Source: Perkinsela sp. CCAP 1560/9 (taxonomy: Eukaryota > Protista > Euglenozoa: Kinetoplastea). From it: a stretch of 64,000 nucleotides of DNA. The first letter of the stretch is position 1. Each line of letters opens with the position of its first letter. The DNA lies in NCBI GenBank assembly GCA_965644495.1, contig CBFFSA010000004.1, positions 930,001 through 994,000 on the forward strand. The letters are read 5' to 3'. Below the pieces are notes generated by a model. The model searched no databases. It saw nothing but the letters and a program-made list of their open reading frames with translations, and was not told the DNA's origin. The position numbers and the translations under genes were made by a program. Shown piece by piece: positions 53,697-63,281 of this stretch.

Positions 53697-54842
53697 GGCA
53701 CTTCCTCCTGCAGAATAGGTTACAGTTCAAATGTATTGATTTATGTATTGAGTTCGGTGGGGTGTAGCAAAAATTCCCTTTTCATAGATGGAAGGTCATT
53801 AAAGTGATGGATGAAGATAGGTGGAAGGTCAGTGGGAAAATGTGGTTCACCTACGGGAATGGGTGAAAGCAGTAAAGCGTGAGAGGAGTGTTCTGGGGGG
53901 AAAGGTGGAGGAGAAATCTCAACAGGTACGCTCTTTAACCGAGAAGTGCAACATAAAGTTGGAATTGCAACGGAAAGGTGAACGACAACGACGTGCTACT
54001 AATATTTTTTGAAGAAGTCACCTTTAATTTAAAGATGGGAAGTGGCGTTGTATTTTAGAACGTACTGTGCAACCGCTGTCAACATATAAACCGTTTATTT
54101 ATAACCATTGCTTTTCTTCCTGGACGTGATACTATGTTTGAAAGAACATTATGCAAAGTGTCAAAACTTTCATTTCGAGTGTATACGGCAGCCAAAATCT
54201 CACCAATTTCATTGTGAACCACAAAGTGAGAACGAAACGGTGCTTCTCCACGTAGCCGAATGCACTTTGCGGTCTCGAAAGTATGATACATTGCAAGCAC
54301 TGTACTAGTAAGCTCGGACGTATGATTGTCGCACTCCACCTGGCGCTGCTGGAGTAATGAAATCAAAACATCCTGAAAATGATCCACTGACGGAGTCATC
54401 CATTCTTGTGAAATTCGATTTGAAATCGCTTCCACGCAATTAGGATCCCAGCGAAATCCATATTTTTCCGTGTGCTTTAATTCAGAAAAGTATCTTTCAT
54501 CGCGCTTATTACTCAGATATTGCAACATCCACTGATGGTACCATGAAATTCACTCATATTAGAACCACTAGTTCCTATTTCCATAATGGCCATCGAAAGT
54601 CGTCTAGTCATCCCCAATTTCTCAGTTTTAATAATAGGAAATATGAAGTTCAGGCTCAATAGTACACAACTTTCATAGGAACTACTAAGTTCAGACTCAA
54701 TAATAGAAACACATTTCAGTTACATGTACTACTGAGTTTACTATTGAGTTTTTGCAATCCAGATGCGTACAACTCAATAGAGAACTCACTAGTGACTCTT
54801 CCACTCAATAGTTGCTGTCATTATGGCGGAACAAACACACAC
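53697..54842 (-). mobile_element. Internally deleted copy A of the DUF6729/Mutator-like transposon
   Basis: Shares the left end (GGCACTTCC..., ~310 bp), transposase fragments (54035-54641) and the right end (~200 bp ending GGCGGAAC-AAACACACAC) with copy B. Confidence 0.88.
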
Positions 54843-55448
54843 GGCACTTCCGCCGGCAGAAGAGGTTACAGTTCAATTGTATTGATTTATGTATTGAGTT
54901 CGGTGGGGTGTAGCAAAAATCCATTATTTCATTGATGGAAGGTCATGAAAGTCAAGGATGAAGATAGGTGGAAGGTCAGTAGGAAAATGTGGTTCACCGA
55001 CGGGAAAGGGTGAAAGCATAAAAGCGCGAGAGGAGTGTTCTGGGGGGAAAGGTGGAGAAGAAATCTCAACAGGTATGCTCTTTAGCCGAGAAGTGCAACA
55101 TAAAGTTGGAACTGCAACAGAAAGGTGAACGACAACGACGTGCTACTAATAATTTTTGGAGACATTCATGATTTTTGCGATTGCACTTAAAGGAAGAACA
55201 TGTATATTAAGTTTTTTAGTAAGTACCAAGTTTACTGAGTCAAAAACCGAAAAAGAGGGAAAAGTCAGGGGGCGGAGATCAGTCAGGAAGGAGGTGTAGC
55301 GTTGATGAAGGTGCAGAGTCGTGCGTATTTTTTAAACTATGAAGACAAAATTAGGAACCTAATCTTTAATTTATCCTTTACGTATTCCTTTAACTACTGT
55401 TTTTACGAAATGTTTCTTAAAAAGCAAATTCTCCTTTGCCTCAACGGA

Positions 55449-58400
55449 TTACAGAGCAACATTTTCCGTATTCTCAAAGCCGTCTACTTCTATTCGCGAA
55501 TCTCTATTCGGACATTTGCGTCCTCTCTTTTTTCTAGCATCCTCTTTTGCGCGAAGCTCGCCCATTATCTCATCATGCGACTTCACGTCCTCCGCGCATT
55601 CCTTGTAGCAAAGTCTGTTCTGATACGCAACCCGTAACTGATTAAAATCTCGAGGAAATCTATACTGGTCCTCATTTTCTTTGACGACGGAGCTGAATCT
55701 TGATAAAACTTTCGGCCAAGGTATGTGCCTCGAAGATTTGTCGCGCACTTCATCGATGACACATTGCAGGAGCAAGCGCACTTCAAGGGGATTGAATTTC
55801 ACGATCACGTTTCTTTGGCGAGGATCAATTCTTGGAGCATGTAAATGTGTTGCCAGGTGACATGCGTTGCTATTTCCTGTCGCGGTAAAATGTTGTACAG
55901 GTAAGTCATCAAACATTATGATCTCCTCGTGCGCCCCCAAACTTACATCAAAATCTGTATCAAAAGTTTTAAATATTCCTGCACCAGGGATATCAAGTAC
56001 GCAAACACCGCATATTCTGTGCCTCTGCGGAGTTGGTGATACGGAATCGAAAGGAACCACTAGATATGGTACGTGTGAAAGCTCGTGCAAAACGAGTACA
56101 GTGCTTGAAATGACATTGGCAAGAGAGCGAACTAGGGGAAGAAATAATTGCCCGTGCGAAACCTTGGTTATAACTTCCTCGACGTCGTTCTCGGGCTTGC
56201 TCAAGTGTTCAAGAACTCGTTCGAACGTCGTATCTTTGTCCACCCGCGATGTATCGCACCGCAGAATACAGGGATCTCCCGCACACAAGTATTCAAGTGT
56301 GCTCATCATTGACGCTGCGGTGCACTCTCCACCTAGGAAACGCACCTTTTCCTCGTGCTTAGTTGGTGTAGCCGAAAGTGCGAAGTTAAATTCCACATCG
56401 TCTTTGCCAAGAAATACGGGCTCGCAACCAAACTTATTTTGCGCCCAGCTGCGAACATTACTCAGCTGATTGTCAGACAAGGAATGTGGGATAAGTGCAT
56501 ATCCATCCCCAGATTGAACAGGGTGAACATATTGTGTGAAGAACAGTTCATGAGTCGTTAGTTGTTTCGCCACAGGGAGAAGTGCAAAAGGACTATTACA
56601 TAATCTTGCATCGTCCGCCCCCAGGAAGAGAGAAGAGAAGGTTTCTTTCAAGGTTCGAAACAACAGAGCGTCGAAACACATCGTATCCGGCGCTGATTTG
56701 AATCTCACAGCACATTTCACATTACTTCGATAAATAAAGCTCCTTGTCAGCGCGTCTACAGTTTCTGCTGAGCTACGCGCGCGAAGCTTCACTTTAGCTT
56801 TCAAACGAGAATGAAAACTTTCACAAATGTTGGTTCCTCGGCTGGAACGATACACCATATTCTTATCCACGCGCGTCAAATTCACATCTGTAGGGTCACT
56901 GAGGCAGTCCCGCTCGATGTGGGCTATTGCGTACGGCCAGAGAGAAGCTAACTTGGGGTTCCATGTAAAGATGTCCGAATATTTTTCCTTCAGGAGTTCC
57001 ATTTTGGAAAGTAATTTTGTCGGACGTGGAATAACTTTCTCATGCGCATCAAGATGTTCCTTTTTTGACAAAGCGATAGTAAGAGGCTCTACTACAGATC
57101 GGCAAAGCTCGGTGTAAAACATTTTCTGCCGATTTGATGCTGAAGTGCGTGGGATAACAGCTGCGAAACGGTGCAGCCAATGCCATAAATCGCATTTAAT
57201 ATGTGCAGATGGAAAGTGGCGTTGTATTTTAGAACGTACTGTGCAACAGTTGTCAACATACAGGGGTGGGCGCCTTCAGAGTGGGGGGGTCTAAAATTCG
57301 TAAAACTTGACCAATTTTGGAAAGTAATAGCGCATTCGAGAGCTCTCAAGTAGTCTGGTGTAATGGCAACATCCGTTTCCCGTTTTTAGACATTCGAGAT
57401 AAATGACAGAAAAACAAGGAATTTATTTTTCCCCGAAGATGCAATTTTTCAGTTTTTTTGGCTTTTTTTTAGTTTTTTTGCGCCGTTAATGCCTCAGAAA
57501 CGTGTACGATCGCGAACATCACGGTTTCCCTTCCAGAGAGATGCTTATTCACCACCTGGGAAGGTAAGGCCGTCGCATCGCATGCTTCTCGTAGACCATT
57601 ACTTTCGTTCTGGGTCCTACAATGCTACAGCATTCTCTCTTCTATCGAGAGATAGAAGATCTCCTCTCTTCTATCGAGAGTGCATACGAGGCACTTCAAA
57701 CCGATCTCAAGAGTACTTGCGTGAAGACCATAAAGAGTGTCTCCAAGCGCTTTCAAATCGTTATTGAGAAAAAAGGGGGAAATTGTGGGTACTGAGATTT
57801 TTTTTGGAAAAAAAGGACTTTTTCGCTTAAAAAATAAAGTTGCAATTCGTGTTTGGGACCATTCTAGTTTTCTTTGATTCCCGTAAACTTTCGCAGAGTG
57901 CTTTTTACGATTACACCAGACTATTTGAGAGCTCTCGAATGCGCTATTACTTTCCAAAATTGGTCAAGTTTTACAAATTTTAGACCCCCCCACTCTGAAG
58001 GTGCCCACCCATGTATATAACCATTGCTTTGCTTCCTGGACGTGATGCTATGTTTGAAAGAACATTGTGCAAAGTGTCAAAACTTTCATTTCGAGTGTAT
58101 ACGGCAGCCAAAATCTCACCAATTTCATTGTGAACAACAAAGTGAGAACGAAAAGGTGCTTCCCCACGCAGTCGAATGCACTTTGCGGTCTCGAAAGTAT
58201 GATCCATTGCAAGCACTGTACCAGTCAGCTCGGACATATAGTTGTCACACTCCACCTGGCGCTGCTGGAGTAATGAAATCAAAACATCCTGAAAATGATC
58301 CACTGATGGAGTCATCCATTCTTGTGAAATTCGATTTGAAATCGCTTCCACGCAATTAGGATCCCAGCGAAATCCAAATTTTTCCGTGTGCTTTAATTCA

Positions 58401-59200
58401 AAAATGTGTCTTTCATCGCGCTTATTACTCAGATACTGCAACGTCCGCTGATGGTAATCGACGGCATACACTTCTTGCAGAATACCTTGAAATTCACTCA
58501 TATTAGAACCACTAGTTCCTATTGCCATAATGGCCGTTGAAAGTCGTCTAGTCATCCCCAATTTCTCAGTTTTAATAATAGGAAAGGAATTTCGTGCCTT
58601 GTGGGACAGGCTGGAAATTAAGCTCTTTTCATCACTTGATATTACCTTACGACACTCAGTGCTACGACATTGATACACTTCACAAAGATAGTACATTGGT
58701 GTCGAAAGATCAAAAATCCGACGCACAGGAGAAAGCTTCATGAAAGTCAATCGCTCTTTGCAATGAAGACAGTGTAGGTTTTCTTTTTCGCCTTGGCGCA
58801 TGGGCGCCCATATGATCCATGGCAAGGTAAAAAACGTTTCCAATGAACTCCTAGGCTCCGGAGAAAAGAACCAAAGGGAAGTACATGTAGTTTTTGTTTT
58901 TAATTCTTCGTATGCCCTTCGAATTGCCGTGACTTGATGTGAAGACATTCCTGTTTCGAGCAAATGCGTCCAATATTTTGTCACTTCTGTTCGTTCGTGT
59001 GTGGTTTCTTCTGGGCGAGAAGCGAACCGACAAAGCTCCGAATTTTCGGCTACTACACGCGAAAGGGTGGTTGAAAGTTCGTTGTTCCTTTTTTCCATTT
59101 CCTCAATTTGTGTTTCTAGCTTTTTGATGCTTCCCGTAAGTTGCTTCTTTTCCTTGGCCATTGTTTGGATGACGTTCAGTAGGTCCGTTTCACAAGACAT
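55449..59200 (-). pseudogene. DUF6729/MULE-like DDE transposase interrupted by MITE-3 (998 aa after in-silico excision)
   Basis: CxxC...RRIFDL...YQC...FP region (DUF6729-like), MDHTF, NEIGEI, VIY|VDNCC, CDLWHWLHR, RGTNICESFH, then OTU-like and Myb/SANT-like C-terminal regions. Removing 755 nt joins ORFs 57980-59200 and 55449-57122 in frame. Confidence 0.85.
57261..58013. mobile_element. Tc1/Tc3-like MITE-3, 753 bp
   Basis: TIRs of ~104 bp (CAGGGGTGGGCGCCTTCAGAG.../...CTCTGAAGGTGCCCACCCATG); TA TSD at 57259-60 and 58014-15. Decayed Tc3-like N-terminal peptides (GFPSREM..HLGR; LLSRDRR) in the interior. Confidence 0.92.
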
Positions 59201-59638
59201 GACTTAAATAATCAGAAATCTAGAAATGATTTTTAGAGTACCAGGAAAGTTCAATAGTTTTGTTTGTAAAGTGATCATCTTGAACAGTCAGGGTACAATA
59301 GCTGAGGCTTTAAACTCTCAAACATGTACTAGAAATCGTTTCTGGGAAAACAATTTTGACGAAATCAAAAAAAATTATTGGACTACAAAAAAATTAGGTA
59401 TGAAGTTCAGACTCAATAGTACACAAGTTTCATAGGAACTATTAAGTTCAGACTCAATAATAGAAACACACTTCAGTTACTATTGAGTTTACTATTGAGT
59501 TTTAGCAATCCAGATGCGTGCAACTCAATAGAGAACTCACTAGTGACTCTTCAACCCAATAGTTGCTGTCACTATGGCGGAACTAACACACACACTAAAA
59601 GTAATTAAAATTAAGGCAACTTTAATTAAGGCAACTTT

Positions 59639-59760
59639 AATTTCTTTTTTAGGCTCTTCGTTAAACGCGGTGGTTGTTTTCAACTTAGAAGTCACTCATG
59701 CTGCGCGCTTCGCGTTGAAAACTACCACTGCGTTTAACGAAGAGCCTAAAAAAGAAAATT
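59639..59760. repeat. ~120-bp foldback palindrome (possible mini-MITE GGCTC...GAGCC, 59652-59746)
   Basis: Arms of ~46 bp: AATTTCTTTTTTAGGCTCTTCGTTAAACGCGGTGGTTGTTTTCAAC and GTTGAAAACTACCACTGCGTTTAACGAAGAGCCTAAAAAAGAAAATT. Confidence 0.85.
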
Positions 59761-60383
59761 TAGCCTGGAAAGCTGAAGAAAACGGAAAGATTATAGCCAA
59801 AAATAGCCGATTTTCGGATAAAAATGGGGTCATTTCGCTCTCAGAGCACTGAATCCGACATTTGCGTGTGGGAAATTCGTCGCTTTCTTTATGTTCTGAC
59901 GATGGACTTCAATCGGAAGCATCACCAAACCATTGCTATCAGTAAAAACGAAATCAGTTTCTATGTCAGGGCGTCGACGTCGTCCTCGCGGTCTGAAGGA
60001 TCTTGCGTGATTTGAGGACCTGGGCGATTTTCAGTGTTTAGGACCTCGGCAAGAGTTGCTCTACTTGGGCCAAGTCTTGTAGATCTCGTTCTAGAGCTCG
60101 TTTTCGGGTAGACGTTTACGTTTACTTTCGTTGTAGTGAGATAAGTATTTTGAAAAAAAGGGAAACTGAGTGAAACGCACCATGAACTCTTTCCCATTCG
60201 CGAGAAGCTCTGCTCAGACCTAAGCTTTTCGCCATTTGCGTCATCATGACCTTTTCCGCTAGGGAAGAACGGTACTGCTTTGGGGTCTCTATATAATTTA
60301 GGTCGCCCAAGACCTTCGCTTCAAGGATGGTGAGCAAATATGCATCCATTTTTAAAAAAAAAACGAAATCTACTTTGTAACAT

Positions 60384-60471
60384 ACTTTTGTTCCTCACCA
60401 TCTTTTTCGCATTAATACGACTTTTGTTGACACAACTTTTGTTGCCTCGACTTTTGTTGAGATAACTTTTT
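60384..60471. repeat. 15-bp-period repeats (ACTTTTGTTG-N5)
   Basis: ACTTTTGTT at ~60384, 60420, 60435 and 60450, with a partial copy at 60466; typical of transposon subterminal repeats. Confidence 0.7.
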
Positions 60472-61718
60472 CCCCCCTGTATTGGGCAGGGAATGCGACT
60501 CCAACCACACCATTCTTCCGACCCAAAAAGACCCCTTTTTTGTCCCCGAAAATTACGTTTTCGCATTTTTTGGTCAAAAATGGGTCATTTTGGGAGGCGT
60601 ATCACGGCTTCGGGAAGCTATATCTCGCTAAAGCAATGGCGTAGAAAGCTAGAATAGGTCCCAAGCTATCAAAATACAATAGGCGAAACAATTTTAGAAA
60701 AATATTTTAGATTAATGCCATCGAAAGTGTACCCCAAAATTGATTTTTTTGACTTTTTTATAGTTTTCATTTCTTCACCCCAGATTCATATTCTGGTGCC
60801 TTTGCAACGTTTTTTCACCCATTTTTACATGCTTTCGTATACCTAGTTCAAACCTTCCTCAGTGACCCACTGTCGACGGTGGTTCACGCTTTCCCATTTG
60901 TAGTCCCTCCCAAAGACGAAAATTGTGACGAGCGCATTCTGTCCAAATTCTGGTACTGTGACCCCCCCCCCTTTAATATGGACAGGAGGTATCCCCCCCT
61001 TTATTTAACAATAAATATATTTCTATTTCTAACATCAAAAAATTTCTACAACCAGAAAAATTGATAGAAAAAAATAGAAAATACCTAAATTTGCTTCAGT
61101 TTCACCCTTTTCTCTCACACGTTGAACTGGTTGAAGACCGTAAAGGTAGGCGAAACATGCGAAGCTCGTCTAGAAAAGTTCGAAAAACATGAAAAATGAT
61201 CAGAAATTGAACACTTTTAGCAGAAATGTGATATTTATGCTACAAACGACAATATTTAAATAAGAACTGTTTTGGGCTTTTATCAGCACCACTTTAATTA
61301 AAGCAACTTCAATTAAGGCAATAATTAATTTTTAAAACTGTTCTGCCTTAATTACGTTTATCCTTAATAACCGTTTCACCGGTAATTATTATTAAAAAAA
61401 TATTAAAACAGCTTTGAATTGGATAGGTCTGTTTCGCACTGAATTTTATGGTCAATACTTCATGCCGCTGTACAACTGAACTGAAAATACATCATGTTGC
61501 CTATAATCCTATTTATAACCGGTCGAACTGTATTACTTCGTCTAATTATGCGTATTTCCTTACTACGAACTAGGCTTTCAAAGATGTGCTGTAGTTCAAC
61601 TATAGGTTTAGAAAAAAGTTTCGCGCAAATTAAGTGCGCAAATTAATTATCAAAAATAATTGCAATCGTATTTCTAGAACATTGTTTAAATTACACATTT
61701 TTTATGAATTTGCAATGA

Positions 61719-62684
61719 ATGAGGCTTCGGACAAGCTTGGTGTCTGTCTCCATTTTTTTACTTCTTCATTTGGGGTTTTCCGTATCCATTGGAGTGCAAT
61801 GTTATAGTTCTTCTCTATGTAGGTTCCATCACATTGGGTGTGCTCCAAACAGAACAGTTCTTAATAATGGATTCCCAAAAGCGGATTCCAGTCACAGTTC
61901 AAATGCATATATCATTGTAGACAATTCTCCTCAGACTGCGGACCTCACTGAACCAAATACAATCGCGAATTTTCGGCAACGACACGGCAGAGTCGGAGGA
62001 CATCGAAAGGGAATCTTATTCAAGAACAATGAAACTTCTCCGAATTGTATATTGCTTCGTAATGCGGCAGACGATGTGCTACGTGAATTGGTACTAATGC
62101 AAGATACAATTCAGAAGTATTCAACCTTTGTGGAAGTATTGGAGAGTTTTTCGTCTGAACGTATTCTTCTCTATGGCATAGATTTTGAAAACTTACTTCG
62201 ATGGATGGTGAAATGGTTGATTCTATTTGAAGTTACGCGACTATTTCTTGATATGTGCATCTCGTGCAGCACCTCTAAGAGACAAAATGCTTTGGCCCTA
62301 TCTGCAAAAAAACCCTCTACACCAAAGTTTTGGTTCTATCTCTTCACACATTACTGCCACAAAATTCAGCAACGTGAGCGCAGGTTAGATTTTTGCCTGT
62401 ACATTGCCCAGTTCGTTCCTTTTTGTTTTTACATCATAGCTCTGTACCTCGCGATAAACACTTTGCAAAAGCAGTATGTTACTCTGTCTATTTTTACTAT
62501 GAGTACATCCATCTTTCTCGGAGATTCCTCATTGTTACCGAGTTTTCTTGTTTCGATATTTGGTACCACTCTTTGGCTGATTAAGGATAGCATTGGCAAG
62601 TTCTTTTACTGGACTCCTCATAACGAATTCTTGGCCTGCGAGCTTATTAACCCCGTTGAACACAACGGGATTCACTGGAATTAG
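61719..62684 (+). CDS. Hypothetical membrane protein with signal peptide
   Basis: 321-aa ORF with a hydrophobic N-terminus and 3-4 TM segments in the C-half. Confidence 0.65.
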   Translation: MRLRTSLVSVSIFLLLHLGFSVSIGVQCYSSSLCRFHHIGCAPNRTVLNNGFPKADSSHSSNAYIIVDNSPQTADLTEPNTIANFRQRHGRVGGHRKGILFKNNETSPNCILLRNAADDVLRELVLMQDTIQKYSTFVEVLESFSSERILLYGIDFENLLRWMVKWLILFEVTRLFLDMCISCSTSKRQNALALSAKKPSTPKFWFYLFTHYCHKIQQRERRLDFCLYIAQFVPFCFYIIALYLAINTLQKQYVTLSIFTMSTSIFLGDSSLLPSFLVSIFGTTLWLIKDSIGKFFYWTPHNEFLACELINPVEHNGIHWN

Positions 62685-62927
62685 ATGAATTTGTTATTTA
62701 TAGAATTCCGTGAATACCATGAAGGTCAGTGAAGTATCATGAAGGTCAGCCGATATGCATTTATTGATAAGTGGTGAGCTTAGCACAGAAATTATCTAAT
62801 GCACAAATTTTTCAAATGTTTGATGGCCACGCTTTCGTAGTTTCGTGGCATATTCATACCACTAAATCATCTAATTGTTCATAGAAACATATTTTAAGTT
62901 TGTTGTTTCACCCGACATGAATTGCAT

Positions 62928-63281
62928 ATGCTGAGATTATCTTCAGTCCTTTTAAAAGCGCGTGGATATAAAAATTTGCGATCCGGGCAGAACAATTGGC
63001 GAATCGTTAAACGTCGCAGAGAGCTGGAAAAACGTCGCATTGAGCAAGCCCAGAATCATGTTCCCCCAACAGAGCCGACTAGAGCTCAAGCTCGTGCGCT
63101 TTATCGTTCTTTGCTGCGATATGCTTCAAAATCCCTCCGTCACACATCATTAAACTTCTTTCGTTCAATGCTGCGCCACGAGTTTAGCGTTACGGCTTCA
63201 GCAACATCAGGCCGTGTGCGAGGTATCATGTACGAAAAAGGGTGCTGGTTATTGAGGAACAAACTAGGCGGACTTCTTTGA
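62928..63281 (+). CDS. Mitochondrial LYR-motif protein
   Basis: MLRLSS presequence and ARALYRSLLRYA...FFRSMLRHEF. Confidence 0.8.
   Translation: MLRLSSVLLKARGYKNLRSGQNNWRIVKRRRELEKRRIEQAQNHVPPTEPTRAQARALYRSLLRYASKSLRHTSLNFFRSMLRHEFSVTASATSGRVRGIMYEKGCWLLRNKLGGLL

Larger units (their letters stand above)
54843..59595 (-). mobile_element. Full-length copy B of the DUF6729/Mutator-like DDE transposon
   Basis: Same ends as copy A, abutting it head-to-tail. Carries the transposase. CTCAATA/TATTGAG motifs are repeated near the ends. Confidence 0.88.
53678..61382. mobile_element. Outer TIR element (pogo/Tc1-like end) hosting the tandem DUF6729 transposons
   Basis: Right end ...TTAATTACGTTTATCCTTAATAACCGTTTCACCGG followed by TA. 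Joining the flanks of the inner tandem (53678-53696 + 59598 onward) gives a 24/30 match to its reverse complement. AATTAAGGCAA repeats occur near 59610-59635 and 61297-61322. Confidence 0.55.

Noticed and set aside
53697-59595. Helitron or Fanzor/TnpB system
   Set aside because: No TC...CTRR ends, HUH/helicase motifs or RuvC/TnpB motifs are visible; the protein motifs fit a DDE transposase.
60384-60471. CRISPR-like array
   Set aside because: 10-bp repeats with ~5-bp spacers, no cas genes and a eukaryotic context; they fit TE subterminal repeats.
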